A stretch of DNA of 64,000 bases. Source: Candidatus Calditenuis fumarioli (GTDB lineage: Archaea > Thermoproteota > Nitrososphaeria_A > Caldarchaeales > Calditenuaceae). The stretch lies in contig JANVYR010000002.1 in NCBI GenBank assembly GCA_030059665.1, positions 1-64,000 of the forward strand. Reading direction: 5' to 3'. Below are positions 9,611 to 19,962 of this stretch, piece by piece; within the stretch, counting starts at the first letter, position 1, and every line of letters starts with the position of its first letter. The notes below the pieces were generated by a model. That model saw nothing but the letters and a program-made list of their open reading frames with translations, made no database searches and had not been told where the DNA came from. The translations under genes were made by a program, and so were the position numbers.

Positions 9611-10435
9611 CTACCGGCTGAGGAAGTCCGCGATCACCCGGTTCACCTCCTCAGGGTTCTCCTCGTGGACGTTGTGGCCCGAGCCGTCGTCGACGTAGAT
9701 CTCGGCACCGAGCTCGCGTGCCAGCCTCTCGTTCAGCTCGAAGGGGACGAGTTCGTCTCTTCGGCCCAACACGAAGAGGACCGGGCACCTTAAGCTCCGG
9801 AGGTAATCGATTCTGAAGGATCGGATCAGCCTGAAGGCCTCGATCAGCGTCCGGCCGGAGTTCCTGATGGACTCGTAGTACCCGGTCACCGTCTCCTCGT
9901 CGAGGACCTCCTTCCTCACGTAGACCCGCTCGAGGACCCTCCGCACCACGCTCCTCCTCACCGAGAACCTGACGGCGATGTCGCTCAGGGGCCTGTGCCT
10001 CACCAGCTCCACCGCGAAGGGCCTTCTGCCGACACCGGCTCCGAAGGGGCTCGGGTTGATCAGCACAAGTCGTCTGACCCTGTCGGGGTTCATCGAGGCG
10101 ACGTACGCCGATACCGCTCCGCCCATCGAATGCCCCACGAGGGAGAACTCATCGACCCCTATCGATTCCAGCAGATCGAGCAGGAAGGCCCTTACGCTTT
10201 CGAGGTCGAGGCCTCCCAGTAGCCTCTGCGAGAGCCCGAACCCCGGCAGGTCCGGAGCTATCACCCTGAACCGCTCGGAGAGGGCGGGCACGTTCCGCCG
10301 CCAGCTGAAGGACGAGGAGGCCCATCCGTGGACCAGAACGACCGGGTTTCCCTCGCCACGGTCGACGTAGAATGCCTCGACGCCGTTGATCGTCGTCCTA
10401 ATGCCAGAAGCCACGTGCTCGGCCCAGCTCACCAA
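9611..10435 (-). CDS. Alpha/beta hydrolase
   Basis: LVHGW, PDLPGFG, nucleophile elbow GHSMGG, catalytic His in GSGHNVHEE. Confidence 0.9.
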   Translation of the reverse strand: MVSWAEHVASGIRTTINGVEAFYVDRGEGNPVVLVHGWASSSFSWRRNVPALSERFRVIAPDLPGFGLSQRLLGGLDLESVRAFLLDLLESIGVDEFSLVGHSMGGAVSAYVASMNPDRVRRLVLINPSPFGAGVGRRPFAVELVRHRPLSDIAVRFSVRRSVVRRVLERVYVRKEVLDEETVTGYYESIRNSGRTLIEAFRLIRSFRIDYLRSLRCPVLFVLGRRDELVPFELNERLARELGAEIYVDDGSGHNVHEENPEEVNRVIADFLSR

Positions 10436-10497
10436 TCCTGCTTCCCTTGCTGTCGGTGATGAGATAAGCGTTCAACGGAAACCTCGGGTTCTGTCCC

Positions 10498-10866
10498 TCA
10501 CCGCCCCTTCCTGGCCCTGATGGCTCCGAGGACGACGCTGACGATCGCAGAGGAGGAGGCCGCTATGCCGACGTAGGAGAGGACCAGCAGGCCGAGGACG
10601 ACTGACGGCTGGAGGCCCGCGATCGAGGAGACCAGCTCGAGCAACCTCCATCCTGTTCGGTCGAGGACCCGGAGCGACAGGGCTGCGAGGAACGGGACCG
10701 ATCCGAGGAGCGATGAGGACGTCGCCGTTGAGGTCCTGCCGCACAGGGCACCAGCGACGAGGCCCACGGAGACGGCCGAGAGCTGCCACGAGAGGGTCGT
10801 GTGGAAGAGCGTGAGGTACCCGACTGCGATGGAGGCCAGAGGTCCGATCAGCGCCTTGCGCCTCAC
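10498..10866 (-). CDS. Small membrane protein of unknown function
   Basis: Four hydrophobic segments; overlaps the stop of the upstream acylase gene, so probably co-transcribed. Confidence 0.6.
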   Translation of the reverse strand: MRRKALIGPLASIAVGYLTLFHTTLSWQLSAVSVGLVAGALCGRTSTATSSSLLGSVPFLAALSLRVLDRTGWRLLELVSSIAGLQPSVVLGLLVLSYVGIAASSSAIVSVVLGAIRARKGR

Positions 10867-13409
10867 GTCCCAGACCCCCTGAAGGCGATCGTAACGACTC
10901 GGTCTATGACCTGATCAGGCCTCGGGGGCGCTTCGAGCCTGTGAAGCCTGCAGGCGTACCACTCGTCGAAGGAGTCGCTGTAGTGCTCCGAGATCGGGTT
11001 CTCGGACTGGCCTCCCGGGTAGACCCCGTAGGCCTCGACCCTGTCGCCGGTGAACGTCACGATCATCCTCCAGCTGGGGCCGGTGGTCACGAAGGTCCTC
11101 GAGCCCAAAGCGCTGAGGTCGTAGGGGAAGCCGGCGTTGAGCAGGGTGCCGGAGGAGCCGTCGTGCGGGAGCGGCCCGATCGAGAGCGCATCGAGCGACG
11201 TCAGGTGACCTATTCTGAGCCTGTGGACCCTTCCCCAGCTCCAGCCCGACACGTCAGGGCCGAGGGCCTCCGTCAGCCTCTCCACCGCAGTCCTGAGGGC
11301 CCTCCTCGCAGCGAGCGATAGGTTTCCTCCGAACCAGGGGCTATCGGGCCTCTCGTTGATCAGCCAGACCAGCGTCGACTCGAGCGGGTAGAGCCTCCAC
11401 CTGACGCCGCGCTCGGAGAAGGGGCGTTTGAAGGCCTCGTCGTAGAGCGCCGAGAACCAGGCCCAGAAGACCGTCGGCGCCACCGAGTCCCGCGACATCG
11501 AGTAATCCCAGCCCCTCAGATCCTCCAGCGCCCTCCTCTCCCTCCCGTCGAGGTCCGGGAAGCGCTCGACGCTGGCGATCAGCCTCGGCGTCACCGAGCG
11601 GGCGAACCACAGAACCGTGTCGCACTGGTAGCTGGCGAAGTCCTCGACCGAGTGGAGGGCCTTTGATGCGAGCAGCCAGTGGATCCGCTGGGCCCTCGCT
11701 CCCGGATCGTACCACCCTCCCAGGATGAAGTACGGGTACCTCGGACCGACGGTGAGCTGGTTCGGTGCGGCCGCGTAGCCTCGCTCCGGGTTGACGGTCA
11801 TCGGCACCTGGGAGAATGGAACGAACCCGGCCCACTCGTGACCTCCGGTGCCGTTGAGCACCGACCTCGAGCCGATGACCCTCACCTCCCTCCCGTCGGG
11901 AAGCCTGACCACCCTGAACGGGAAGAGGCCGGGGATGACGATGCCGAAGTTCCCATCCCTGTCGACGAAGGCCCAGTTTTGCGAGGGGACGTCCCAGAAT
12001 TTTAGGGCCTCGAGCAGGTCGTTGAGGCCGCGCGCCCTCATCAGCATGTACGCAGCCACCGCCTCACGTGTGACGCCCGATCCGTCGTCGTTGAAGCCGG
12101 TGTTCCCCGTCCACTTCAGGGAGACGTGCAGATCGCCGTGGCTGAAGAGGGGGCCGTGAACGGTCAGGTTGACGGTTATCCGCCGGACGCCCTGGCCCCT
12201 CACCGTTATCTCCTCCACGACCCTCTCGAGCGGCCTCCACTCGCCCCTGAAGAGGTAACGGTCTCCCTGCACCTTCTCGACGTAGAAGTCGGTGACGCCG
12301 ATCTGCGAGTTGGTCAGCCCCCAGGCCAGGTGCTCGTTGAAGCCTATCACGACGAACGGGACGCCCGGAAGCGTCACGCCCCTGACGTTGTAATCCCGAG
12401 TGACCAGGTGGACCTCGTACCACAGCGACGGCAGGTTCAGGGGGAGGTGCGGGTCGTCGGCCAAGATGGGGCCGCCAGTTGCAGAGCGCATCGGCCCGAC
12501 CACCCAGTTGTTGCTCCCCAGCTCGGAGGGCGTGATCCTCGCCAGCTCCGCGACCCGCTCGATCAGCTCTGCAAGCTCCCTCGAAAGCTCCGGGTCGGTC
12601 AGGTCCACGCCGGTGGCCCACTCGCCGAACCAGTCGAGTCTCATCAGGACCTCGGGCTCAACGCCAAGCGATGCGCCAGCGATCGAGCCGTCACCGGGCA
12701 CCACCGTCACGTTCTCCGAGTAGTAGTGCCGTACCGGGTAGAGCTCGGCCACCGCGTCCGGCCCCAATTTGATCGCGAGGTACGTCAGGAGGAGCGGGTA
12801 CCAGAAACCGGTCAGGGTCCATGCCATGTACTTGGCCCACAGGATGCTGTCCTCGACCTTCCAGGGCTCCGGCTCGTAGCCGAGCAGCTTGAAGGTCATC
12901 GGCAACCTGCCGGCAGACCTCAGCTCCTCGATCGCGGCGTTAACTCCGTCCGCGTACGCCTTCAGCGCTCCGTAGACGTCGGGCCTGTTTTGCTCGAGCC
13001 AGCGCGCTGTGCTCCTCGCTGACCTGTGGAGCCCGATCACCCGCATGAGCAGGTCCGTCCTGAACGCCGCCTCCCCCAGGAGCTCCGAGAGCCTCCCGGA
13101 CGCCAGCCTCCTCTGGACGTCCATCTGCCAGAGCCTCTCCCTGGCGTGGAGGTACCCGAGCACCCTCAATGCGTCCAGCTCGTCCTCCGCGAAGACGTGA
13201 GGCACCCCCCTGCTGTCGACGACCACGGTCACGGTGCCCTTGAGGCCCTTCAGGCGAGCCTCGCCACCGGCCCACCTCGCGTTATCGATCTCGGTCCATA
13301 TCCCCCTGACGGGGTGTAGGGCTTGAAGCGGCCCCGAGACCAGGAGGAGCGCAGCCAGCACCAGAACCGAGGCCGTGGAGGCTATCGCCCTTCTGAGCCG
13401 AGGCGGCAT
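10863..13409 (-). CDS. Penicillin acylase family protein (Ntn hydrolase, peptidase S45)
   Basis: N-terminal signal/TM; DSRGVPHVFA, ERLWQMDVQRR, autocleavage GSNNWVV, LADDPHL, YPGGQSENP. Confidence 0.92.
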   Translation of the reverse strand: MPPRLRRAIASTASVLVLAALLLVSGPLQALHPVRGIWTEIDNARWAGGEARLKGLKGTVTVVVDSRGVPHVFAEDELDALRVLGYLHARERLWQMDVQRRLASGRLSELLGEAAFRTDLLMRVIGLHRSARSTARWLEQNRPDVYGALKAYADGVNAAIEELRSAGRLPMTFKLLGYEPEPWKVEDSILWAKYMAWTLTGFWYPLLLTYLAIKLGPDAVAELYPVRHYYSENVTVVPGDGSIAGASLGVEPEVLMRLDWFGEWATGVDLTDPELSRELAELIERVAELARITPSELGSNNWVVGPMRSATGGPILADDPHLPLNLPSLWYEVHLVTRDYNVRGVTLPGVPFVVIGFNEHLAWGLTNSQIGVTDFYVEKVQGDRYLFRGEWRPLERVVEEITVRGQGVRRITVNLTVHGPLFSHGDLHVSLKWTGNTGFNDDGSGVTREAVAAYMLMRARGLNDLLEALKFWDVPSQNWAFVDRDGNFGIVIPGLFPFRVVRLPDGREVRVIGSRSVLNGTGGHEWAGFVPFSQVPMTVNPERGYAAAPNQLTVGPRYPYFILGGWYDPGARAQRIHWLLASKALHSVEDFASYQCDTVLWFARSVTPRLIASVERFPDLDGRERRALEDLRGWDYSMSRDSVAPTVFWAWFSALYDEAFKRPFSERGVRWRLYPLESTLVWLINERPDSPWFGGNLSLAARRALRTAVERLTEALGPDVSGWSWGRVHRLRIGHLTSLDALSIGPLPHDGSSGTLLNAGFPYDLSALGSRTFVTTGPSWRMIVTFTGDRVEAYGVYPGGQSENPISEHYSDSFDEWYACRLHRLEAPPRPDQVIDRVVTIAFRGSGT

Positions 13410-13460
13410 TCACCGCTCCGATCGCATACCCTGAGAAAAGGATGCTGTTGCGTTCGAGGC

Positions 13461-14087
13461 TCAGAGGGGCTGGGTCCCGTAAGGCTGCTGGGTTCCCTGC
13501 TGCGGAGGCACAGATTCGGGGAGCGAGAAGAAGGCCACGATCTGAAGTATCTCTGCGATCAGGATGACGATCAGCCCCACGAACACTATCACGAGCAGGG
13601 CTCCGTAGAAGTACCAGCGGCCCACGGTGCCGAACATTCCGGTCCCGGTCTTGGCTGCTATCCCCTCGTACCCCCGCCTCAGGAACCTGGCGGCGACGAT
13701 CAGGATTATCCACATCGCGAAGAGGCCCACCACGAACGCTCCCAGGACAGCCCAGAACGCGCCGTCGGGCATCATTCCGAAGCCCCCGAACCCGTCGAAC
13801 GGTGAGGGCGCAGGTCCGATCTGCTGTGACGCGAAGAGGAACCCGAAGAGCGCACCCGCCACAGCGAACGTCAGTATGGCGACGCCGACGATCTGGAGGA
13901 TCACCGCGATCAGGACGTTGTTGAAGATCTCGCGGTCGTTCACCGCATCGGAGATCTGCTTGACCGCGATCAGCACCAGCACGAGCCCGACCAGACCGAG
14001 GAGGAATCCGACCGAGGGCACGAAGGACAGCAGCACCAGGATGGACCCGACACCGCCCATCGCCTTTGCCTGCGAGAGTGAGGTCAT
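13461..14087 (-). CDS. DUF996-like membrane protein
   Basis: AKAMGGVGSIL start, multiple TM helices, TGTGMFGTVGRWYFYGALL, Pro/Gln-rich tail. Confidence 0.75.
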   Translation of the reverse strand: MTSLSQAKAMGGVGSILVLLSFVPSVGFLLGLVGLVLVLIAVKQISDAVNDREIFNNVLIAVILQIVGVAILTFAVAGALFGFLFASQQIGPAPSPFDGFGGFGMMPDGAFWAVLGAFVVGLFAMWIILIVAARFLRRGYEGIAAKTGTGMFGTVGRWYFYGALLVIVFVGLIVILIAEILQIVAFFSLPESVPPQQGTQQPYGTQPL

Positions 14088-14157
14088 GCGCGTCTTCCCG
14101 TTTCATCCATTATATCATCGTTGTGGTCGCAGACGTCAGACCTGTGAGGTCAAGGAG

Positions 14158-15330
14158 CTAACTCCGAGACTGTTCTGACCCGACGGGGAAGCTCGAGGCG
14201 AAGAGCGCGACGGCCGAGAGGCAGACGATGGCGGTGGGAACAGAGAGGGCTGCGGTGTAGCCGTAAAGCTCCGCCACGCTCCCGGCAACGGCGGGCATCA
14301 GCGTCGCCCCCACCAACCCACCGACTCCCAGCGCCCTCCCCAGCATTGGGCCGGAGCCGGTTCCGAGAAGGGCCGCGACGTAGGCGTACATCACCGGGAA
14401 GAACATGGCCGTGACCAGGGGAGAGACGACCATCGCCATCACGTAGAAGTCCCCGAATGGGCCGAAGGTGAGGTAAAGCATTGTGGCTGCGTTGAGCGAG
14501 GTCAGGAGCGCTGCGGTCCTCCTGAAGCCGAGTCGGTCGAACATGAATCCCCCTGCGAGCTGGCCCACGACGCTGAGGGACCTGCTGAGGCCTATCAGCG
14601 AGGCGACGAAGCCCTTCTCGAGCCCGAAGGTGTCCACCAGGTGCAGCGGCAGGACTGCCACCACGCCGAGGTTTCCGGTCAGCGCTCCGACCGTGAGGAC
14701 CGTTATTGCAGCTCCAGTCCTCCGATCGATCCTGCCCGCCGCGGAGCCGCCGGACCCTTCAGGGTTCATGCCGGTCCGGGAGGAGAGGAGAACGGCCGCC
14801 GACGCGAAGGCCAGCACCGACCAGGCGGCGAAGGACCAGTCGTAGCCGATGGAGGTCATGAGGTACGAGAGCGCCAACGGCCCGATTACCTGTCCGAGGG
14901 GTGCGGCCATCTCGTGGACGCCGATCACGAACCCGAGCCTTCCTCCCCTGAAGCGAGAGCTGATCATCGGTATCGCGGACGATATGTGGAGCGACATCAG
15001 AACCCCCATCGCGACCGCCGTGGCGTAGAGTGAGGTCCTGTCACCCGAGAGGCCGAAGAGGCAGGAGATCACCGCAGCACCCACGAGGTAGCCTATGAGG
15101 GCCCTCGACAGGCCGAGCCTCTGCGATAACCTGCCAGAGTAAAGGCTGGTGAGGTAGTACCCGAGGTTGAGGGCCGCAGGGATGGACGAGGCCTCGGCGG
15201 TGGTGAGCGCGTACCTCTCCCGGATGAAGGGCAGAACAGCGGGGATGCCGACACGGGTCCCCATGTTCCAGGCCCATCCGATCATGGCACCGATCAGGAG
15301 CAGCGACCTCCTCCCTTCCCTGGATCCCAT
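14158..15330 (-). CDS. MFS transporter
   Basis: About 12 TM helices; GRLSQRLG and GFMFDRLGFRR motif-A-like loops. Start set at MGSREG (15330). Confidence 0.85.
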   Translation of the reverse strand: MGSREGRRSLLLIGAMIGWAWNMGTRVGIPAVLPFIRERYALTTAEASSIPAALNLGYYLTSLYSGRLSQRLGLSRALIGYLVGAAVISCLFGLSGDRTSLYATAVAMGVLMSLHISSAIPMISSRFRGGRLGFVIGVHEMAAPLGQVIGPLALSYLMTSIGYDWSFAAWSVLAFASAAVLLSSRTGMNPEGSGGSAAGRIDRRTGAAITVLTVGALTGNLGVVAVLPLHLVDTFGLEKGFVASLIGLSRSLSVVGQLAGGFMFDRLGFRRTAALLTSLNAATMLYLTFGPFGDFYVMAMVVSPLVTAMFFPVMYAYVAALLGTGSGPMLGRALGVGGLVGATLMPAVAGSVAELYGYTAALSVPTAIVCLSAVALFASSFPVGSEQSRS

Positions 15331-15464
15331 CCCGCCGTGCGAGAGCCCACAGGATTCCACGTGAAAAACCTCGGTTTTGAGGTGGTGGGCTCCTGCCAGC
15401 TCTCCCCAGATCCGCCACCTCAAGCGTGATGTCTTAATTTCCACCGTGCGGTCACTGGAGGTGG

Positions 15465-16007
15465 ATGAGGATAGCGCTGGACCTCGACGGCGTGCTGGCG
15501 GACACCATCAGGGTCTGGCTCAGGATCTGGAACGAGCAGAGGTTCCCGAAGCTGACCTACGAGTCGATCGACACCTGGGACTTCTGGAGGAAGCTCGGGA
15601 TCTCCGAGGCCGAGTTCGCCGAGATCTTCTCGAGGGCGTGGCAGAAGTGGGAGGAGATTCCGCCGGCCGAGGAGGGCCTGTCGGAGAAGGTCATGAGGCT
15701 CTCGGAGCTCGGGAGGGTGGACGTGGTCACCGGAAGGCCGGCCGAGGAGAGGGAGCGGGTTGCGATGTGGCTGAGGCGTCACGGGATCAGCTACCGCAAC
15801 TTGGTCATGGGCGTCACCGACAAGGTCAAGCTGGGGTACGACGTTTACATCGACGACTCGCCGATCGTGGCGACCGAGGGTTCCAAGTCCGGAAGGACCG
15901 TCCTCCTGAGGGATCAACCGTGGAACAGGTTCGTGCGGTCGAACTCGTACGTGAGGCGGGTCAGGGGTCTGGACGAGGCGGTCTTCGTTCTCTCCGGCGA
16001 GCTCTGA
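15465..16007 (+). CDS. HAD-superfamily 5'(3')-deoxyribonucleotidase-like phosphatase
   Basis: IALDLDGVLADT, VVTGR, YDVYIDDSP, DQPWN. Confidence 0.85.
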   Translation: MRIALDLDGVLADTIRVWLRIWNEQRFPKLTYESIDTWDFWRKLGISEAEFAEIFSRAWQKWEEIPPAEEGLSEKVMRLSELGRVDVVTGRPAEERERVAMWLRRHGISYRNLVMGVTDKVKLGYDVYIDDSPIVATEGSKSGRTVLLRDQPWNRFVRSNSYVRRVRGLDEAVFVLSGEL

Positions 16008-16756
16008 GCCGCGTCTCCTCCACCGCCGGCCGGCACCGCATCTCCCCCTTGGGCTCCCGCCACACCACCCCCTTCACCAGAGGCCCTCCGACGCGTAGCG
16101 CTAAGAGCGCCCGTCACGCTGACCACCAGCAGCGCCACGACGGAACCGGCCAGCCAGGGAACGAGGAACCTCGAGGCGAAGTGGATCGTCGTCGCCGCGA
16201 TCGCGCTCAGGAACGTCCCCTCCCCCAGGAACCCTCCAAGCCAACCCTCCAACGTCACCAGATCGAGGCCCGAGACTCGGGCTGCGGGCGGGAGCATTGC
16301 CGACTGGATCGCGATGGCCGCCACGGTCCTGAGAGCCTTTGCCTCCGGAAGCGCCAGCAGCGAAGGACCCACCGCGATGGAGAGCATGACCAGAAAGTAC
16401 GCGGTCCCGAACGATCCTGGGAGATGAGAGGGTCCTATGGTCTGCTGCCACTCGGCCATCCATGCCCTGGCGTCCTTCACCTGTCCCGTCAGGAAATCGT
16501 GAATCATCCACACGCCCATTATGAGCATCGCGACGAAATAGACCATCAGCGGTCCCAACAACGGCACCACCGCGTCCATCTCCAGGACCTCCTTCACCCT
16601 CGAGCGCTGCTCGGAGAGACCTCTTCCCCTGAGCGCCCTCAGCACCGCAATCCCCGCGCCCAGCGGCACCCAGAGAATGGCCCATGACGAGAGGAGCGGA
16701 ACCGGGTCAGGAGGGTAGAACGGCGACTCCTGGAAGACCCGGAGCCATGAGGTCAT
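15914..16756 (-). CDS. Hypothetical multi-pass membrane protein
   Basis: Five or six hydrophobic helices; TATA-like TTTAATAT upstream on the minus strand; 3' end overlaps the convergent phosphatase gene. Confidence 0.6.
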   Translation of the reverse strand: MTSWLRVFQESPFYPPDPVPLLSSWAILWVPLGAGIAVLRALRGRGLSEQRSRVKEVLEMDAVVPLLGPLMVYFVAMLIMGVWMIHDFLTGQVKDARAWMAEWQQTIGPSHLPGSFGTAYFLVMLSIAVGPSLLALPEAKALRTVAAIAIQSAMLPPAARVSGLDLVTLEGWLGGFLGEGTFLSAIAATTIHFASRFLVPWLAGSVVALLVVSVTGALSATRRRASGEGGGVAGAQGGDAVPAGGGGDAAQSSPERTKTASSRPLTRLTYEFDRTNLFHG

Positions 16757-16896
16757 CTTCAGACGCCATCTCTTATGCTGTCATAGATATTAAAGGAATT
16801 TGGTATCAGTGGGGTCCGTGATCGTGGTGCCGCAATTCGGAATGAGGCCCGTCGTGAGCGTCAAGCTGTTCCCGGAGCGAGCGCGTGATCCGTCAG

Positions 16897-17679
16897 CTAC
16901 AATCTGGTGTAGACCTCGACTCCTCTCCTCATCGCAGCCTCTATCGCTTTCTCCTCCACATAGGGTGTCACCATTATCAACCTGTCAGGCCTCTTGCCGG
17001 TCTTCCTCTCGTAGAGTTCGGCCTTCTTTACGAACGAAGTGACATCAGACGGTCTGACGTGCGATGAGATCTCGATCAACAGGGTCTTCCCGTCCTTCAC
17101 TACGAGATCGACTTCTATCTCGCTGGAGTAACCGTAGACTAATCCCTCCTCATCGTATGTCCTCCACTTTTCGACCTTCACACCGAACTCCTTCTCGAGA
17201 ATCCCACGCAGTCCCTCCCTGAACGCTTCCTCGGACATCAGACCCCACCTGGCTCCCAAAGCAGAGATCTGCCTGTTGACCGCTTCGAACCCCTTCATCA
17301 TGTCCTCCCTCAACTTCTCTATCTCCCTGTCGTGTCTCTCAAATCCCTTGATCATGTCCTCCCTCAATCTCTCTATCTCCCGGTCATGCCTTTCGAACCC
17401 CTTCATCATGTCCTCCCGTAGCTTTGCAATCTCCTTGTCATGCCTCTCGAACCCCCTGATCATGTCCTCCCTAAGCCTGTTCATGTCTTCCCTGAGCCTC
17501 GCAATTTCCTGCTCGTGTCTGTCAAGCCTCTTCAGGATCTCGATTATGTGGGATTCGTGCCTGTCGAGTCTCTTCAGGATCTCGTCCAACCCAATTAATC
17601 CTGCAACAGCGTACCTGAACTCCTCGTCCTCCCTGAGCAGCTTCAGGATCCTCGACTTCAGCCTCTCCCTCGCGGCCAA
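16897..17679 (-). CDS. Coiled-coil repeat protein with C-terminal PD-(D/E)XK-like domain (DUF3782-type)
   Basis: LREDEEFRYAVAGLIG N-terminus, heptad repeats, ALGARWGLMSEEAFR, EIEVDLVVKDGKTLLIEIS. Confidence 0.8.
   Translation of the reverse strand: MAARERLKSRILKLLREDEEFRYAVAGLIGLDEILKRLDRHESHIIEILKRLDRHEQEIARLREDMNRLREDMIRGFERHDKEIAKLREDMMKGFERHDREIERLREDMIKGFERHDREIEKLREDMMKGFEAVNRQISALGARWGLMSEEAFREGLRGILEKEFGVKVEKWRTYDEEGLVYGYSSEIEVDLVVKDGKTLLIEISSHVRPSDVTSFVKKAELYERKTGKRPDRLIMVTPYVEEKAIEAAMRRGVEVYTRL
17284..17472 (-). repeat. 54-bp (18-aa) coding tandem repeat, ~3.5 copies
   Basis: REDMIRGFERHDKEIAKL / REDMMKGFERHDREIERL / REDMIKGFERHDREIEKL / REDMMKGFE. Confidence 0.9.
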
Positions 17680-17789
17680 TTCCCCACGTTCATCAGAGCA
17701 CGGAACTTAAAAGGGTCGACGGAGCGGCGGCCTGTGCGTCTTCTCCGTGGGCATCTGCTTATCTCCCAGCTCCGCTCCATAACCGCGAG

Positions 17790-18803
17790 TTGAGGGCGGT
17801 ACTCCTCAGGGAGATCGGCGGAAGGCCCCACCTCGCCGACGTTCCGGAGCCCACAGACGTTCCACCGAGGACGGCGCTGCTGAGGGTGGAGGCCGCGGGG
17901 CTCTGCTACAGGGACCTCCTGGTGACGCAGGGCAAGTTCCCCAGGGCGAGGGCGCCGCTGATCCTCGGGCACGAGTATGCGGGCAGGGTGGTCCGGGTCG
18001 GCGACGGTGTGGAGGGTCTGCGGGAGGGAGAGTTCGTGACGGGTCTCCCCCACACGACGTGCGGCTCCTGCGAGTTCTGCCTGACAGCTCGCGAGAACCT
18101 CTGCGTGAACAAGAAGTGGTACGGCGAAGAGGTGCCGGGCGTCTTCGCGGAGTACGCGCTGGTAGATGCGAGCTCGCTCGTCAGGGTCCCGGACGGAGTT
18201 CAGCCCTCAGGAGCGGCCATCTCCAGCTGCGTGGTGGGGATGTTGGTCAACGCTCTCAGGGAAGTCGGCGGCGCGAAGGCCGGCGAGGTGGTGGTCGTGA
18301 CCGGTGCGGGGGGCGGAGTGGGGATCCACGCGGTCCAGGTGGCTAAGGCGCTGGGATGCAGGGTGGTGGCAGCCACGAGGTCGGAGGAGAAGGCCGGTGC
18401 GATCAGGAGCGCAGGGGCCGATCACGTCGTCGTCGGTTCGGGGTTCTCGGAGGAGGTGAGGAGGGTCTACGGAGGCGCTGATTTGGTGCTGGAGGCTGTG
18501 GGCGAGCCAACGATGGCCGAGAGCATCAGGTCCCTCAAGTGGGGCGGGAGGCTGGTGCTGGTGGGCAACGTGACCGCGGGGACCTTCCCGCTGCCGCTGG
18601 GGCTGGTGATACTGAAGGGCCTGAGTGTGCTCGGCTCCGTCGGCTCCACCGTCAGGACCATGAGGGAGGCGCTCGAGATGATGGCCCGCGGCCAGGTCAG
18701 GCCGGTGGTGAGGGAGGTGAGGCTGGAGGACCACGAGTCGGCCTTCGAGGCCCTGAGGGAGGGTAGAGCTCTGGGGAGGTTCGTCTTCAGGCCGGCCTCC
18801 TGA
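17790..18803 (+). CDS. Zinc-dependent medium-chain alcohol dehydrogenase/reductase
   Basis: GLCYRD, GHEYAG, structural zinc CGSCEFC..C, TGAGGGVG. Confidence 0.9.
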   Translation: MRAVLLREIGGRPHLADVPEPTDVPPRTALLRVEAAGLCYRDLLVTQGKFPRARAPLILGHEYAGRVVRVGDGVEGLREGEFVTGLPHTTCGSCEFCLTARENLCVNKKWYGEEVPGVFAEYALVDASSLVRVPDGVQPSGAAISSCVVGMLVNALREVGGAKAGEVVVVTGAGGGVGIHAVQVAKALGCRVVAATRSEEKAGAIRSAGADHVVVGSGFSEEVRRVYGGADLVLEAVGEPTMAESIRSLKWGGRLVLVGNVTAGTFPLPLGLVILKGLSVLGSVGSTVRTMREALEMMARGQVRPVVREVRLEDHESAFEALREGRALGRFVFRPAS

Positions 18804-19956
18804 CGATCTCGTAAAGGACCTTCAGCGGAGCGTCGGTCTTGATGGCGCTGTGGTCGTAGTGCGTCAGCGATGCCCTGTAGCCCATCTCCCTCAGCGCGGT
18901 CACCACGGTCCTGGGGCTCGGAGGGGAGCACCTCGCCCTCCTCGAGAGCTCTGAGACGGGATAGCTGAAGGGCACGTCGCCCAGCTCCTCAGAGACGTGG
19001 GTGATCAGGCCCCTCACCTCCCCGAACGTCTCCTCCCGCAGGAGCCCGGAGCTAAGTACCCTCGAGATCAGCTCTGGGTCCTGGAGGGGGCCGAGCCAGA
19101 GGGGGCCGAGGAGCCTCGACGGCGAGCCGCAGCTCCCGCAGCTTTCCGGCGTCCCCAGGAGCTCCACCACCCTCTCCACGTTCAGGCACGCGTCGCAGTA
19201 CTTCAGGTACCCGAGCTGGCTCACGGACCTGAACGCACCGGTCTTTCCCCTCCTCACGGTCAGGAAGACCCTTGCGAAGTGCCGGTGGATCACGGCGAAG
19301 ACAGGCACAGCGGACCTCGAGAGGCGGGAGGCCGCCATAACCGCAACGGCCGTAAGGGCCCTCAGGGCCACCTCCTTCCTAAAGGCGGTCCTGGTGAGCC
19401 TGATCCCGTATCTCCAGAGCGCTGTCCTCGGAGAGGCGCCGGAGAGGGCCGCCAGGTCAGTGGCCGAGACCCCCAGGAGGCCCCCGGGGAGGAGGGCCCT
19501 GATGGACCCCTCGAGGAACCTGACCGGCGATCCGGAAGGGTCGAGGTCGACGTAGTGGACCTTCTGCCTCTCGGCGGCGATGCTGGAGAGGAAGACGTTC
19601 GCGTCCATGTGGTACGCCCTGAGCCTGGATTCGAGGCCGTTGAGCCGCGCGTTGACGGAGATCAACCTGACCGAGTTCTCGTTGATGTCGCACGCCTTCC
19701 CCTCGCTGAAGGCGCCCGACTCCAGCAGCAGCCTCACGGACCTGGCACCGAGCCCGGCAAGGGGTTCGGCGAAGGTCCGGTCTCCTCCGGAGAAGAAAGC
19801 CGCTGTGACCAGCACAGCGATGTCCCTGGAGGCCTTCGACGCGGGGTTGTAGAATGCAGGGAGCTTCGAGGGGTCCACCTCACCCACGCCCTTCGGAACC
19901 AGCAGCCTCGCTCTGCCCTCAACGATCTCCTTGACCTCAAACCCCAGCTCGAGCAA
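18787..19956 (-). CDS. trm1: tRNA (guanine26-N2)-dimethyltransferase
   Basis: AFYNP, SRDIAV, EPLAGLGARSVR, YVDLDPSGSP, SATD, CxxC..CxxC, GPLWLGPL. Confidence 0.92.
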   Translation of the reverse strand: MLELGFEVKEIVEGRARLLVPKGVGEVDPSKLPAFYNPASKASRDIAVLVTAAFFSGGDRTFAEPLAGLGARSVRLLLESGAFSEGKACDINENSVRLISVNARLNGLESRLRAYHMDANVFLSSIAAERQKVHYVDLDPSGSPVRFLEGSIRALLPGGLLGVSATDLAALSGASPRTALWRYGIRLTRTAFRKEVALRALTAVAVMAASRLSRSAVPVFAVIHRHFARVFLTVRRGKTGAFRSVSQLGYLKYCDACLNVERVVELLGTPESCGSCGSPSRLLGPLWLGPLQDPELISRVLSSGLLREETFGEVRGLITHVSEELGDVPFSYPVSELSRRARCSPPSPRTVVTALREMGYRASLTHYDHSAIKTDAPLKVLYEIVRRPA

Positions 19957-19962
19957 AGCGCA

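Noticed and set aside
10455-10490. Perfect C-box GUGAUGA in the intergenic gap
   Set aside because: No D'/D boxes follow at the right spacing. The sequence is better explained as the minus-strand promoter of the hydrolase gene.
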